Source: Bacillota bacterium
Lineage (GTDB): Bacteria; Bacillota; Sulfobacillia; Fermentithermobacillales; Fermentithermobacillaceae
Length of the DNA: 64,000 bases
Assembly (NCBI GenBank): GCA_040771825.1
Contig: JAXGZG010000005.1
Location: forward strand, 99,640 to 163,639
Direction: 5' to 3'
The position numbers and the translations under genes were made by a program. Positions within the stretch are counted from its first letter, which is position 1; each line of letters starts with the position of its first letter. Shown piece by piece: positions 10,274-18,946 of this stretch. The notes below the pieces were generated by a model. It did no database searches, was not told the DNA's origin, and was given only the letters and a program-made list of their open reading frames with translations.

Positions 10274-11028
10274 CTACTTCGCCCTGTTTCGGACTGCCCC
10301 GCGCACTCTTACTGGAAGAACCTCCACGATGCTTTCCTGTTCAGTCAACTTGGTCAGGGGAGATTCGATGTCTGTAGAACCATTGACGAGAAGGTGGATA
10401 CCAACCAGTTGCTCACCCACTTCACGACGAATGTCCACAGAATCTATGTTGAACCCGCTTGGGCGATGGTGCTGCTCACCTGCGCGAGGACGCCTCTCTT
10501 GTCGTGACAGATGAGATCCAGCTGAGTGGCATCACTCTTGGAACGGAGGAGATGGTGTTCGACCAAGTCAAGCCCGTACATGGTCGCCAGTCCCGCAACT
10601 GTAGCCAATATCGACAGCCAGATCATCCCCGCCCCGGCCGCCAATCCTATCCCAGAAGACAACCATAGGCCGGCTGCGGTGGTAAGCCCTCGGACACTAC
10701 CTCCCTTAACAAAGATGAGGCCTCCTCCAAGAAAACCTATGCCGCTGACAACCTGGGCGGCGACTCGCGCCGGGTCGGAAGAAGCACCCGGGCCGACTAC
10801 AAACCTGAATCCATACTGGCTCACCACCATGATGAGAGCGGAACCAAGCCCCACCATCGTATAGGTCCGCAGTCCGGCGTCTTTGTTACGAACCTCCCGT
10901 TCCAGCCCTAGCAGAGCAGCTAGAAAGCCGGATAGGAGAACACGACCTGCCAGTTCCAGCGTAAGTCTAGCTTCCTGTGTCACAGAAACACCCTCTCCAT
11001 AATAATACTCAAGACCCGCCGTTGACAT
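10274..11028 (-). pseudogene. mgtC: MgtC/SapB family protein, interrupted by a 1-nt frameshift near 10446 (or an assembly error)
   Basis: MgtC core LSGFLAALLGLEREVRNKDAGLRTYTMVGLGSALIMVVS starts from the ATG at 11028. The ORF stops at 10444 in the middle of the ACT-like C-terminal domain (...STIAQAGST*). The rest of that domain (FNIDSVDIRREVGEQLVGIHLLVNGSTDIESPLTKLTEQESIVEV) continues in another frame down to ~10274. One extra G in the GGG run would restore the frame. Confidence 0.7.
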
Positions 11029-11310
11029 CGCACGAGTATTCTTGCCTATCTCCAAGATCAGTTCCACCAGCCGCCCTACTTCCTCCCGAGTAGTGCGCGG
11101 AGCGAGACCCGCTCTAAGCCACGAACCGGATTCGCTGATGCCTAGGACCAAAGCCAGAGTTGTCGCGTAAGACATAGAGGTGCTTTCGGTAGGCGAACCC
11201 TTCTTCACGATGGACCATACGACTCTGCCCTCCACGCTGGACGGCTCAAGCATGTAGGGTGCCAGCCGGGAGGGTGACAGGCTCGAAGCCGGTTCGTCTG
11301 AACACTGAGC

Positions 11311-13206
11311 CGTTACTTTGCGACAATTGTATCGTAGAGCAACACGGCAAGACATGGACCCGATATCCTCGACTTTGGAGGGAACTTTGTGAGCGCTAAA
11401 CGACGGAACTATACAGATCGGTCCGGCTTCACCGAAGACTTCTTCAAGGTGCGCGACTTCCTGAAGAGGATCCACCAGACTGGGTACAAAGACGAAAACT
11501 GGCTCTGGTCACGGTGGGAGTACATGTTTTCCCACCCGCAATTGGACGAGACCCATCTTTCCAGAATCGGTATTTGGGAATATGGAGACAAGATCGTCGC
11601 CCTCGCTAACTACGAGGACCGCCTCGGACACGCCTGGTTCTCCTTTGACAGAGCCTACGCGCACCTCAAACCCGAGTTGCTCGAGTACGCCGAACAGCAC
11701 CTCTCTCGTGAGAACGGAGACGGGACCAAGAACATCCGCGTTCTCATAAACGACCACGATCCCGAATTCCAAAGCATCGCGAAGGAGCATGGATTCGTCC
11801 AGACAGAGCGCGGCGAGCCAACCTCTGAGTACGTGCCGCCCGACACGTTCCCAGATACAACGCCGCCGAAGGGCTTTTCTATTGTCAGCCTGGCCGAGGA
11901 AAACGACCTAAAGAAGATCGACCGAGCGCTCTGGAGAGGGTTCGACCATCCCGGCGAACCTCCGGCGGATGGCATTGAAGATCGAAAGAAGATGCAGTCC
12001 GGCCCAGACTTTCGTAAGGACCTGACGATGGCCGTAAAAGCTCCCAACGGAAACTTCGTCTCTTTCTCTGGAATGTGGTATGTTCGAGACACGGACTATG
12101 CGCTGGTGGAGCCCGTAGCTACCGACCCCGATTACCGCGGGCTCGGCTTGGGCCGTTGCGCAGTTCTGGAAGGCATTCGACGCTGTGTGAACGAAGGATC
12201 CAAGGTAGCCTATGTGGGTTCATCACAACAGTTCTATCTCAGCATAGGATTCAGACTGCTATTCTACTCGCACTGGTGGGAGAAGGGGGTGTAGTGCGAG
12301 TAGGCATCGAGCGGGGCGCAGGCTTAACGCGCCGGTCCAATGATGCGTATTCCGAGACGTCAAAGGAGGTCATCGCAGATGTTGTCCAAATCGGCTAACA
12401 ATTACCCAAGTGATAAGGGGCAGCCATGTGCCGTTCTTCGTATGGAAAGACCAGAGGACTATCGCCTGGTCGAGGAACTCACTCGTGAGGCTTTCTGGGG
12501 CACCAATCATCCTAGTTGCGATGAGCATCTCCTGGTACATAAGCTCCGCAAGGTCCCTGCGTTCATACCAGAACTCGATTACGTCGCCGAGGTTGACGGG
12601 AAGATCGTCGGCAACATCATGTACTCCAAAGCAAAGGTTGTCGACGAAACGGGCAAAGAGCACGAGGTGGTTACCTTTGGCCCTATAAGCGTCCTGCCGC
12701 AGTATCAGAGCAAAGGCATAGGCAAAGCGCTCCTGAAGCATACCATCGCCGAAGCGAGGCGCCTCGGATATCGCGCAATCGTGTTCTTCGGCCATCCTGA
12801 CTACTATCCGAGAGTTGGGTTTAGGAGAGCCGAGGAGTTCAACATCACCACGGCAAGCGGCAAGAACTTCGACGCGTTCATGGCAATGCCGCTCTATGAC
12901 GGCGCGTTCGACGGCATAACGGGCCGATTCTACGAAGACCCCGTGTTCGAGGTCAATGCCAAAGAAACTCAGGAGTTCGACAAAGGTTTCCCTCACAAGG
13001 AAATGCGCATCCTGGAACCCATAGATGTCTTGCTGGAGAAACTGGATGCCCCGGCTCAAGCCGGGATTCGAGGGCACGGAGTGAAGGAGTTGGCCACGCT
13101 AAACCGCTACAGCGGGCGCGAGATCGCCTCGTGGCCGGGGATCGATGAAACGGCCAAGGCCGTCATAAACGCTACGCTCTTAGAGCATGGATACCATAGG
13201 AAGGTA
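11311..13206 (+). repeat. segmental duplication, copy 1 (two-gene GNAT cassette plus upstream leader)
   Basis: Collinear with 33061-35006 over ~1.9 kb. Both encoded proteins are roughly nine-in-ten identical by eye. Homology starts at C(C/G)GTTACTTT and ends exactly at the second stop codon. Confidence 0.85.
11389..12294 (+). CDS. GNAT family N-acetyltransferase (copy 1)
   Basis: GTG start 5 nt after GGAGGGA. Acetyl-CoA motif VATDPDYRGLGLGRCAVLEGI. Paralogue at 33172-34077. Confidence 0.7.
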   Translation: MSAKRRNYTDRSGFTEDFFKVRDFLKRIHQTGYKDENWLWSRWEYMFSHPQLDETHLSRIGIWEYGDKIVALANYEDRLGHAWFSFDRAYAHLKPELLEYAEQHLSRENGDGTKNIRVLINDHDPEFQSIAKEHGFVQTERGEPTSEYVPPDTFPDTTPPKGFSIVSLAEENDLKKIDRALWRGFDHPGEPPADGIEDRKKMQSGPDFRKDLTMAVKAPNGNFVSFSGMWYVRDTDYALVEPVATDPDYRGLGLGRCAVLEGIRRCVNEGSKVAYVGSSQQFYLSIGFRLLFYSHWWEKGV

Positions 13207-13212
13207 TTCTGA
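12379..13212 (+). CDS. GNAT family N-acetyltransferase with C-terminal extension (copy 1)
   Basis: ATG at 12379, 9 nt after AAAGGAGG; the same SD and start geometry occurs in copy 2. Motif A VLPQYQSKGIGKALLKH. Confidence 0.75.
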   Translation: MLSKSANNYPSDKGQPCAVLRMERPEDYRLVEELTREAFWGTNHPSCDEHLLVHKLRKVPAFIPELDYVAEVDGKIVGNIMYSKAKVVDETGKEHEVVTFGPISVLPQYQSKGIGKALLKHTIAEARRLGYRAIVFFGHPDYYPRVGFRRAEEFNITTASGKNFDAFMAMPLYDGAFDGITGRFYEDPVFEVNAKETQEFDKGFPHKEMRILEPIDVLLEKLDAPAQAGIRGHGVKELATLNRYSGREIASWPGIDETAKAVINATLLEHGYHRKVF

Positions 13213-13282
13213 GACAAACTCTATCAAGAACCTGTTCATCTCTTTCTCCGATGCCAAAGAAAGGGCGCGAACGCTCCGTGGG

Positions 13283-13990
13283 CTATATCGCGTTCCAGAA
13301 AAACATGAACACGAATACGGTTCCCCACGCGTTCCCGGTATGCTCCTTGGCTACAAGCATCCCGTAGATAATCGCGAAAACGGTAACCGCCTCCATCAAC
13401 GCGTCAGGAGTGACACCCACTAATCCGTGAATGACCAAGCAGAAGACGCCACAGACAATTGCTCCCCAGTTCAGCCATACACCTTTTGGAGGGTGCAGTT
13501 TGTTGATCTTGTCACTGACAAAAGCATAGTTGAACCCCTCAAAGAACCCCCAGGCGGTAGCTACAACGGCCATCCCTATCACGTTGACAGGAAATCCGCT
13601 CGCCAAGATCTCATTAGTGAAGTGGACCTGCCGAAAGGGCGTGTAGCTGGTTAGAGTACCCGTACCGGCCCGATACGCGAGGTGCGGAAAAGTGGCAAGA
13701 GCAGACAGCATGACAGCTTTTGGCAAGTTCGCCGACTTCAGACCATGCCCAATGAAACTCTCCTTGCGGAGCAAGGATACGATGGTGATGCCGAGTCCCG
13801 CTGTCCCGAACTGAAAAACCGCCACTGAAAGAAGACGCGTCAGGATATGCGCCTCTGGGTTTTCCGTGAGGGACGTAATCTGAGAGTTGAACGCCATAAA
13901 CAACGCCAATGGGACGATGGAGCAGATCGCGATTAGGGTCAGATCTACCTCGGTTCGCCTACGCTCTGTCTTGAGATTGGTACCAATCAC
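13283..13990 (-). CDS. polytopic membrane protein, function unknown
   Basis: 235-aa ORF with ~6 hydrophobic segments. A weak CPBP-like flavour (FFEGFNY, IHGLVG) is not sufficient for a family call. Confidence 0.55.
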   Translation of the reverse strand: MIGTNLKTERRRTEVDLTLIAICSIVPLALFMAFNSQITSLTENPEAHILTRLLSVAVFQFGTAGLGITIVSLLRKESFIGHGLKSANLPKAVMLSALATFPHLAYRAGTGTLTSYTPFRQVHFTNEILASGFPVNVIGMAVVATAWGFFEGFNYAFVSDKINKLHPPKGVWLNWGAIVCGVFCLVIHGLVGVTPDALMEAVTVFAIIYGMLVAKEHTGNAWGTVFVFMFFWNAI

Positions 13991-14217
13991 TGGGCGTCTC
14001 CTCCTCGGGCGGCATCCTTGCTAACTTCTTTTACATCCATAAGCCGAGAACGGTCAAGTGCAAGTCGGATCAACGATGCGCATCGTCGAGGTGTGCGCCA
14101 ACCCATCCAAAGGCGGATCGGCTGCAGGATATTAGGCGTAGCGCGTTTAACATGGTGTCGTTGCTATACACCTTGGCGCGAACGGTGCGGGCGCGAGAAC
14201 AGAAAGGAGACTCCGAC

Positions 14218-14685
14218 ATGAAAGGTGACGTATTCGCCGGACTTGGCGGTCTGATGAAGGGACTCACCGGCTTGATGCCGCAGGACGACCCGGAAGTGAA
14301 GAAAATGCAGGCTCAATCAGATCTCAATGACCTACGCAAACGGGAAACCGAGATCTACGCTGAGATCGGCAAGCAAGCATTATCGCGGAGCAGTGGCCAG
14401 TTCCCAGAATTGGAGAGCAAACTTAGATCGGTCCATGCCAGTCTAGCAGAAGCACAATCCAAGCTGGAGCAGGTCCAGGCAGAAGAAGCAAGGAAGAAAC
14501 AGGAAGAGCAACGAGCGAAGGAACAGCGCACTTGCGCACAATGCGGCTATCTTAACCAGGAGGGTGTGAAGTTCTGTCAGGAGTGCGGAGCAAAGATAGG
14601 AGCGTCCAAGTGCCGAAGCTGTGGCGCGACATTGTCCCCCGGCGTGCGCTTTTGCGGCGAATGTGGCGCAAAACAGGAAGCATAG
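14218..14685 (+). CDS. double zinc-ribbon domain protein with coiled-coil N-terminus
   Basis: ATG at 14218 after AAAGGAG. Has two CxxC...CxxC ribbons (CAQCGY..CQECGAKI and CRSCGA..CGECGAKQ). Confidence 0.7.
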   Translation: MKGDVFAGLGGLMKGLTGLMPQDDPEVKKMQAQSDLNDLRKRETEIYAEIGKQALSRSSGQFPELESKLRSVHASLAEAQSKLEQVQAEEARKKQEEQRAKEQRTCAQCGYLNQEGVKFCQECGAKIGASKCRSCGATLSPGVRFCGECGAKQEA

Positions 14686-15242
14686 TAGATACCGGAAGCC
14701 ATCCCACTGTGGCGGAAGGCGCTATGACTGCCGAGCTGTTACCATACAGTGTCGCTCTGCTAAGAGGCGCAGAAGCTTAGGCACCGCCCGTAGGCATCCG
14801 GAGGCTCTAGAGGAGTCTTCTACCGTTACCGATCAGCCTGGTCCAGGGCCCCACCAACAAACTCGATCGACAGCGTCCCGGCAAGTAAGCGGGCGAAAGG
14901 AGTCTGAAGAATGACTTCACACATCAACAACATTTCTATGAGGCATGCTATGGCTAACCTATGAAGGCTGCCTGAGTTCGCTTACTTACCACTCGGCGCG
15001 CAGTAATCCAAATAGCTACGCCGTGGCCACCGTCGACACGTTGTTTCACCAACCATGCGGGACGCATTGAGTGGTCTTGGAGGGTTTACAACTGCCTCTG
15101 CGTCGCCGTCCGTTCTGGACAGCGTGATCCCCGAGCTGACCTCTAGCAGATCTCGTTTCCCGATGAAGTTGCCTACGGCCATCTCGCACTCGGTCTGCGG
15201 CTAGCTCGCGCGTAGGCAAGGTCATGACTGCGACTCCACACC

Positions 15243-16556
15243 CTACGGCCGCCTCGCCCAGCAACAGTGCTTTGCCTTACGCCCGCTGCCGCAGGGACAC
15301 GGATCATTCCGTCCGACCCCTCGCCAGCGGGCTTGCGACTCGGCTCGCAGTTCGGTCATGATTGCCGCCGGCGCCCGTCCGAGTCGCCTCAGTTCCACGA
15401 TGCGCCTCAGAGGCTGCTCGACGTGGGCGAAAAATCTCTTCAGACCGCCACATAGATGGTTCAGTCCGGACTCGCCATCCTCCGCGGTGGCGAACCGGTC
15501 CTTGGGGCACCCGCCATTGCAGACCCCAAGCCATGTGCAGGCGCGGCACTGCTGCGGCAGGCGGTCCCGCTTGGCGTCACCGAATCGACGCTGTGCCGGC
15601 GAGTCGACCAACGCGCCAAGCGACGAGATCGCGATATCGTCCGATGCCAGGGTGCCGACATCACCCGAGGGTGAGGTCCCAATGTAGCCGATGCGGTGCT
15701 CCGTCGCGACGAAGTGATCGCAAGAATACACTGCGCCGTCCTGCTCAACGATCAGCACCCTCCCGCAGGTTGGAGCCATCCAGCAGAGGTTGGCGTCTCC
15801 TCCCGACCACACGAGGGCCATCTCGGCCACCTGCTGTATCTCCAGACGCCCGATATCGTTCTTGATCCACTCGTCGAAAACTGCGCAGAGAAAGTCGCCA
15901 TACCCCTCGGGAGTCACTGAGTCGGGTGCTACCTGTCCGTCCGGACCTCGCCGCACAATGGGGATGAACTGCATCCAGCCGGTATCCAGATCCCTTAGGG
16001 CCCGGTAGACGGCCACCGGTTCTTCCGCCCCCGTGGATGTCACCGTACACAGCAGGTCGGGCTGAATGCCGTGGGCTTGCAGACGTCGGGCAGCCGCGGC
16101 CACGCGTTCATGAGTGCCGCGGCCACCGTGGTCTCTTCTGTAGGTGTCATGCGTTCGCAGCGTGCCATCGATGCTCAGCCCGACGTCAAAGTTTGCCTCG
16201 GCCAAGAACGAACACCATGCCTCATCCAGCAGGGTGCCGTTTGTCTGCAAGTTATTCCAGCAACTCCACCCCGAAGGAAGGTAGCGCCGCTGTAACTCGA
16301 CCGCCTTACGGTAGAAGTCGAGTCCGGCCAGGGTCGGTTCTCCCCCGTGCCAAGTGAACGACACTACCGGCCCGGGGCTGGCTTCTATGTATTGACGGGT
16401 ATAGGTCTCCAGAAGACCATCCGACATCTTGGGAGGAAGCTTATCGCCGTAGATATCCTCGGTCTCCAGGTAATAGCAATAGCTGCAGGTCAGGTTACAG
16501 CGCGGCCCGACCGGTTTTGCCATGACGGTGAACGGATCCATAGCTTTTGCAGGCAT
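15243..16556 (-). CDS. radical SAM/SPASM maturase, anaerobic sulfatase-maturating-enzyme-like, with SEC-C-type C-terminal tail
   Basis: Radical-SAM cluster motif CNLTCSYCYY. Cys-rich SPASM region (CWMAPTCG, YSCDH, CRACTWLGVCNGGCPKD). Terminal DPCPCGSGRKAKHCC metal-binding motif. Confidence 0.8.
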   Translation of the reverse strand: MPAKAMDPFTVMAKPVGPRCNLTCSYCYYLETEDIYGDKLPPKMSDGLLETYTRQYIEASPGPVVSFTWHGGEPTLAGLDFYRKAVELQRRYLPSGWSCWNNLQTNGTLLDEAWCSFLAEANFDVGLSIDGTLRTHDTYRRDHGGRGTHERVAAAARRLQAHGIQPDLLCTVTSTGAEEPVAVYRALRDLDTGWMQFIPIVRRGPDGQVAPDSVTPEGYGDFLCAVFDEWIKNDIGRLEIQQVAEMALVWSGGDANLCWMAPTCGRVLIVEQDGAVYSCDHFVATEHRIGYIGTSPSGDVGTLASDDIAISSLGALVDSPAQRRFGDAKRDRLPQQCRACTWLGVCNGGCPKDRFATAEDGESGLNHLCGGLKRFFAHVEQPLRRIVELRRLGRAPAAIMTELRAESQARWRGVGRNDPCPCGSGRKAKHCCWARRP

Positions 16557-17323
16557 TAGCCGCTGAGATGCTTCCCGAAAAACTCAAAGACTTTCTCCCA
16601 TGAATCCATCGCCTGCCGCGGCCGGTAGCGTTCAGTATGATAATACCAGAACCCGTGCCCCGCGCCGTCGTAGCGATGGAACTCATAGGCCTTCCCATGC
16701 TGCTTAAGGGCCGCTTCGTGGATATCCACCTCTTCTGGCGGAGGAGACTGGTCGTCGTTGCCAAAGATCCCCAATAGGGGGCAGCCCAACTGATCGGTAT
16801 AGTCGATTGGCGCCACCGGTTGGGCAGGCGTCAGTTTCTCTTTGGAGGCAACCACACGGCCACCCCAGCAGTCGACGGCGGCATTGAGACCGCTCACCTT
16901 GCACGCCGCCAAGAATGCGTGGCGGCCGCCTGAGCACGTGCCGATCACGCCCACTCTGCCGCTTGAATAGGGCAAGCTCTTGAGGTGCCGCAGAGCGCCT
17001 TCGCAATCCCCCATCACGCTGTCGTCGGAGACGCCACCTGCCTCACGGGCCTTGGCCGCAATCTCCTCAGGCGTCCCGTGTCCAAATCGGCAGTAGATGT
17101 CGGGGCAAAGAGTCAGATAGCCGTGATGGGCGAAGCGGCGGGTCGTCTCGCGGTAGAACTCATCCCACCCGGGCATATGCGGGATCAAAATGATGCCTGG
17201 GTACGGACCTTCCCCAAGGGGGCGCGAGAAGTAGGCGTGGATGCTGTCGCCATTGTGGCCAGCCATACTGACTGTCTCAGCCAACATCCCTTCATAAGCA
17301 TCGGTTCGTCTGCTGTTCCACAT
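16556..17323 (-). CDS. dienelactone hydrolase family protein
   Basis: 255-aa alpha/beta-hydrolase with nucleophile elbow GTCSGGRHA and a C-terminal GAGHGF. Its stop overlaps the start of the downstream maturase gene by 1 nt. Confidence 0.8.
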   Translation of the reverse strand: MWNSRRTDAYEGMLAETVSMAGHNGDSIHAYFSRPLGEGPYPGIILIPHMPGWDEFYRETTRRFAHHGYLTLCPDIYCRFGHGTPEEIAAKAREAGGVSDDSVMGDCEGALRHLKSLPYSSGRVGVIGTCSGGRHAFLAACKVSGLNAAVDCWGGRVVASKEKLTPAQPVAPIDYTDQLGCPLLGIFGNDDQSPPPEEVDIHEAALKQHGKAYEFHRYDGAGHGFWYYHTERYRPRQAMDSWEKVFEFFGKHLSG

Positions 17324-17585
17324 AGCTAAACCTCCTTTCTGTGCTCCTGTCTATCTTTCCGCCAGCCCTGTTGCCAATCCTCCTGTGATCGCTCTAGTCT
17401 CCCCCCGCGTCCTAGTCAGTGCTCTCAAACGCTGTCCAATACTGATATGTCGGCGGGGAGTCCCCTCCCCGCCAACAACGTATCAAAACACAGCGCCCGA
17501 CCTGCGACCGTGCCCGGATTTGAAGCAAGGTTACATATTCAGAATCTCTACGGCCACGAATCCGAACACCATGCCTCTCTACCGC

Positions 17586-17656
17586 CCCTCATCAAGTTGA
17601 GTACGCTCCGCTCTGCACCTCATCATCATGAACCCATCCTTCCCTGCCCCTCATCA
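17586..17656 (+). repeat. three phased (C)CCTCATCA motifs, 31-nt period
   Basis: The motif occurs at 17586, 17617 and 17648 in a gene-free stretch. A second two-unit cluster with the same 31-nt spacing is at 19946 and 19977. Confidence 0.6.
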
Positions 17657-17830
17657 CAGTAAACTCGCTTCAAACCAGAGCGGCCACCTTCGGATGCTTC
17701 GCGCGAGCTTCTCCAAATCCCGGACCTCGCCTCAATCTAAGACACCCTCGCGTAGAGGCCTCCCCTCCCCGTACCTAATCGCGACGAAAGAGCTCGATAT
17801 CGTAGCTCCTACCGCAAACGGGGGGACAGG

Positions 17831-17939
17831 GGAGCTGAGGGGCAGGCAGAAGGAGGCGGGCTGAGCGGGCAGGCCAGAAGAGTGCGGGTTGAGGGGACTG
17901 GCCGAAGGGTGCGGACGAATGGGGGCGCGCCGAGGGTGC
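17831..17939 (+). repeat. four imperfect tandem ~27-bp G-rich repeats
   Basis: Units run 17831-17857, 17858-17885, 17886-17912 and 17913-17939, each of form GG.(C/T)TGAG(G/C)GG...GCC.GAAG.GTGC. They contain TGAGGGG, the reverse complement of the CCCCTCA core of the upstream motif array. Confidence 0.65.
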
Positions 17940-17966
17940 GGGGACAAACACCGCGCGGATGAAGGC

Positions 17967-18137
17967 TCATCCCCGTTCCGCGGTGCGTTTCTCCTCCGTA
18001 GCGGTTTTCTGCGTAGCCATCTTCTCGGCTCTATCAACCTTGGCCGCGTAGTTCTCGCAAATCCTGTTCAGCACCTTGATGTACGGGCCGTTCATATCGA
18101 CATACCCACGCTTGAGGTGGAGGATGGCCGCGTCCAT
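17967..18137 (-). CDS. small hypothetical protein (56 aa), below the ORF-track cut-off
   Basis: Reading the minus strend gives an ATG-to-TGA ORF: MDAAILHLKRGYVDMNGPYIKVLNRICENYAAKVDRAEKMATQKTATEEKRTAERG. It lies 66 nt downstream of the DUF503 gene. The composition is protein-like, but there is no clear SD. Confidence 0.3.
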   Translation of the reverse strand: MDAAILHLKRGYVDMNGPYIKVLNRICENYAAKVDRAEKMATQKTATEEKRTAERG

Positions 18138-18203
18138 TGAAATGAGCGAATTGCGGCAAAAGGACGAAGGACGTCTTCGTGGTTGCTCAAGTGACTGGGA
18201 TGG

Positions 18204-18485
18204 TTACCTGTGCTCGCGATCGATTGAGACGACTTGCGCCTCGCTGTTCGCCTCCACGAAGTGGATCACGCTATCGAGGATGCTATCTGCCTGCGCACCG
18301 TTGGCGGCAATGGCGGCGACGCCAATGATGATTGACTGATGGATATCCTGGTCGCCCACCTCGGCCGCAGATACATTGAACTGGCTGCGTACTCTGGAGA
18401 GCAGACTCCTAACCTCCATGCGTTTCTCCTTTAGGGAGTGAACCCACGGGACGTGCAGGCTTATGGTCATGGCTGCGATGATCAT
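18204..18485 (-). CDS. DUF503 family protein (YlxP-like)
   Basis: Internal ATG at 18485. The sequence MIIAAMTISLHVPWVHSLKEKRMEVRSLLSRVRSQFNVSAAEV matches the conserved DUF503 N-terminus. Confidence 0.75.
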   Translation of the reverse strand: MIIAAMTISLHVPWVHSLKEKRMEVRSLLSRVRSQFNVSAAEVGDQDIHQSIIIGVAAIAANGAQADSILDSVIHFVEANSEAQVVSIDREHR

Positions 18486-18610
18486 GTTGGCAGTATAGCA
18501 CATCAAGAAAGCGATCTGATTACCTTCGGCAGCATGCCGGAGACAACAAGGCATATCCCAGATCGAGCCAGACCACGGTATCTTCAGCATGCTAATGGCC
18601 GTCTTCCTGG

Positions 18611-18900
18611 GTGCTCCATGCCGCGTTCGAAGGAATCTTGAGATGGTCCATACAACTACTAGGTAAGAGGGACCTTTCGACAGAGCAAAAACTTGAAGAC
18701 TTGCGCTACCTGTTCGAGATCATACGGGACAACCATCCGTACATCGAGCTAAAAGCCCGGGTTGAGGGTTATAACTGGCTCGAGCACGAAAAGCAATTCG
18801 AGGATGCGGTCCGGGCCAGCCGAAACGATAGAGAATTCGCCCAGGCAATTCAGCGGATGCTGCTCATGCTTAACAACGGTCACACGTCCGGTGATACAAC
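18611..18900 (+). pseudogene. N-terminal fragment of an S41-type (tail-specific-like) peptidase
   Basis: LEDLRYLFEIIRDNHPYIELKARVEGYNWLEHEKQF...NDREFAQAIQRMLLMLNNGHTS resembles the N-terminal helical domain of S41 peptidases. The similarity stops about 90 residues in, and the frame then runs antisense into the convergent methyltransferase gene. No catalytic domain is present. Confidence 0.35.
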
Positions 18901-18946
18901 TCTCCTGGTGCTTTTGATTGACGCGGGTCTCCAATGGGGCCGCCTT

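Noticed and set aside
11029-11475. N-terminal 149-codon extension of the MgtC ORF (listed as 10444-11475), and a possible Mg-sensing M-box leader suggested by GCTCTACGA at ~11331.
   Set aside because: The extension overlaps the divergent GNAT gene and has no MgtC similarity. The conserved MgtC core begins right after the ATG at 11028. The 5' M-box elements (GGTGAGGC-type) are absent from the sequence upstream on that strand, and the GCTCTACGA-containing segment also occurs in the second GNAT leader, so it belongs to the duplicated cassette.
12370-13077. Long antisense ORFs inside confidently called genes: 12370-13077 and its twin 34074-34790; also 19154-19882, 20669-21298, 26959-27765, 37332-38108, 38771-39475 and 53201-53989.
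   Set aside because: Each lies fully inside a gene with clear family motifs on the other strand. Their translations are Arg/Pro/Gly-rich or low-complexity with no recognisable motif. The two GNAT-antisense ORFs are both open only because the DNA itself is duplicated. This is typical of spurious ORFs in moderately GC-rich DNA.
14686-15242. 557-bp gap with a 17-codon ORF (14911-14964, MTSHINNISMRHAMANL) behind an AAAGGAG SD, and a 66-aa minus-strand ORF (14982-15182).
   Set aside because: Both are too short and featureless to call. There is no partner gene that would make a leader-peptide or toxin interpretation compelling.
17586-17656. The regularly spaced short repeats were considered as a degenerate CRISPR array.
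   Set aside because: The repeated unit is only ~9-10 nt, whereas CRISPR repeats are more than 20 nt. There are only three units, and no cas genes are present.
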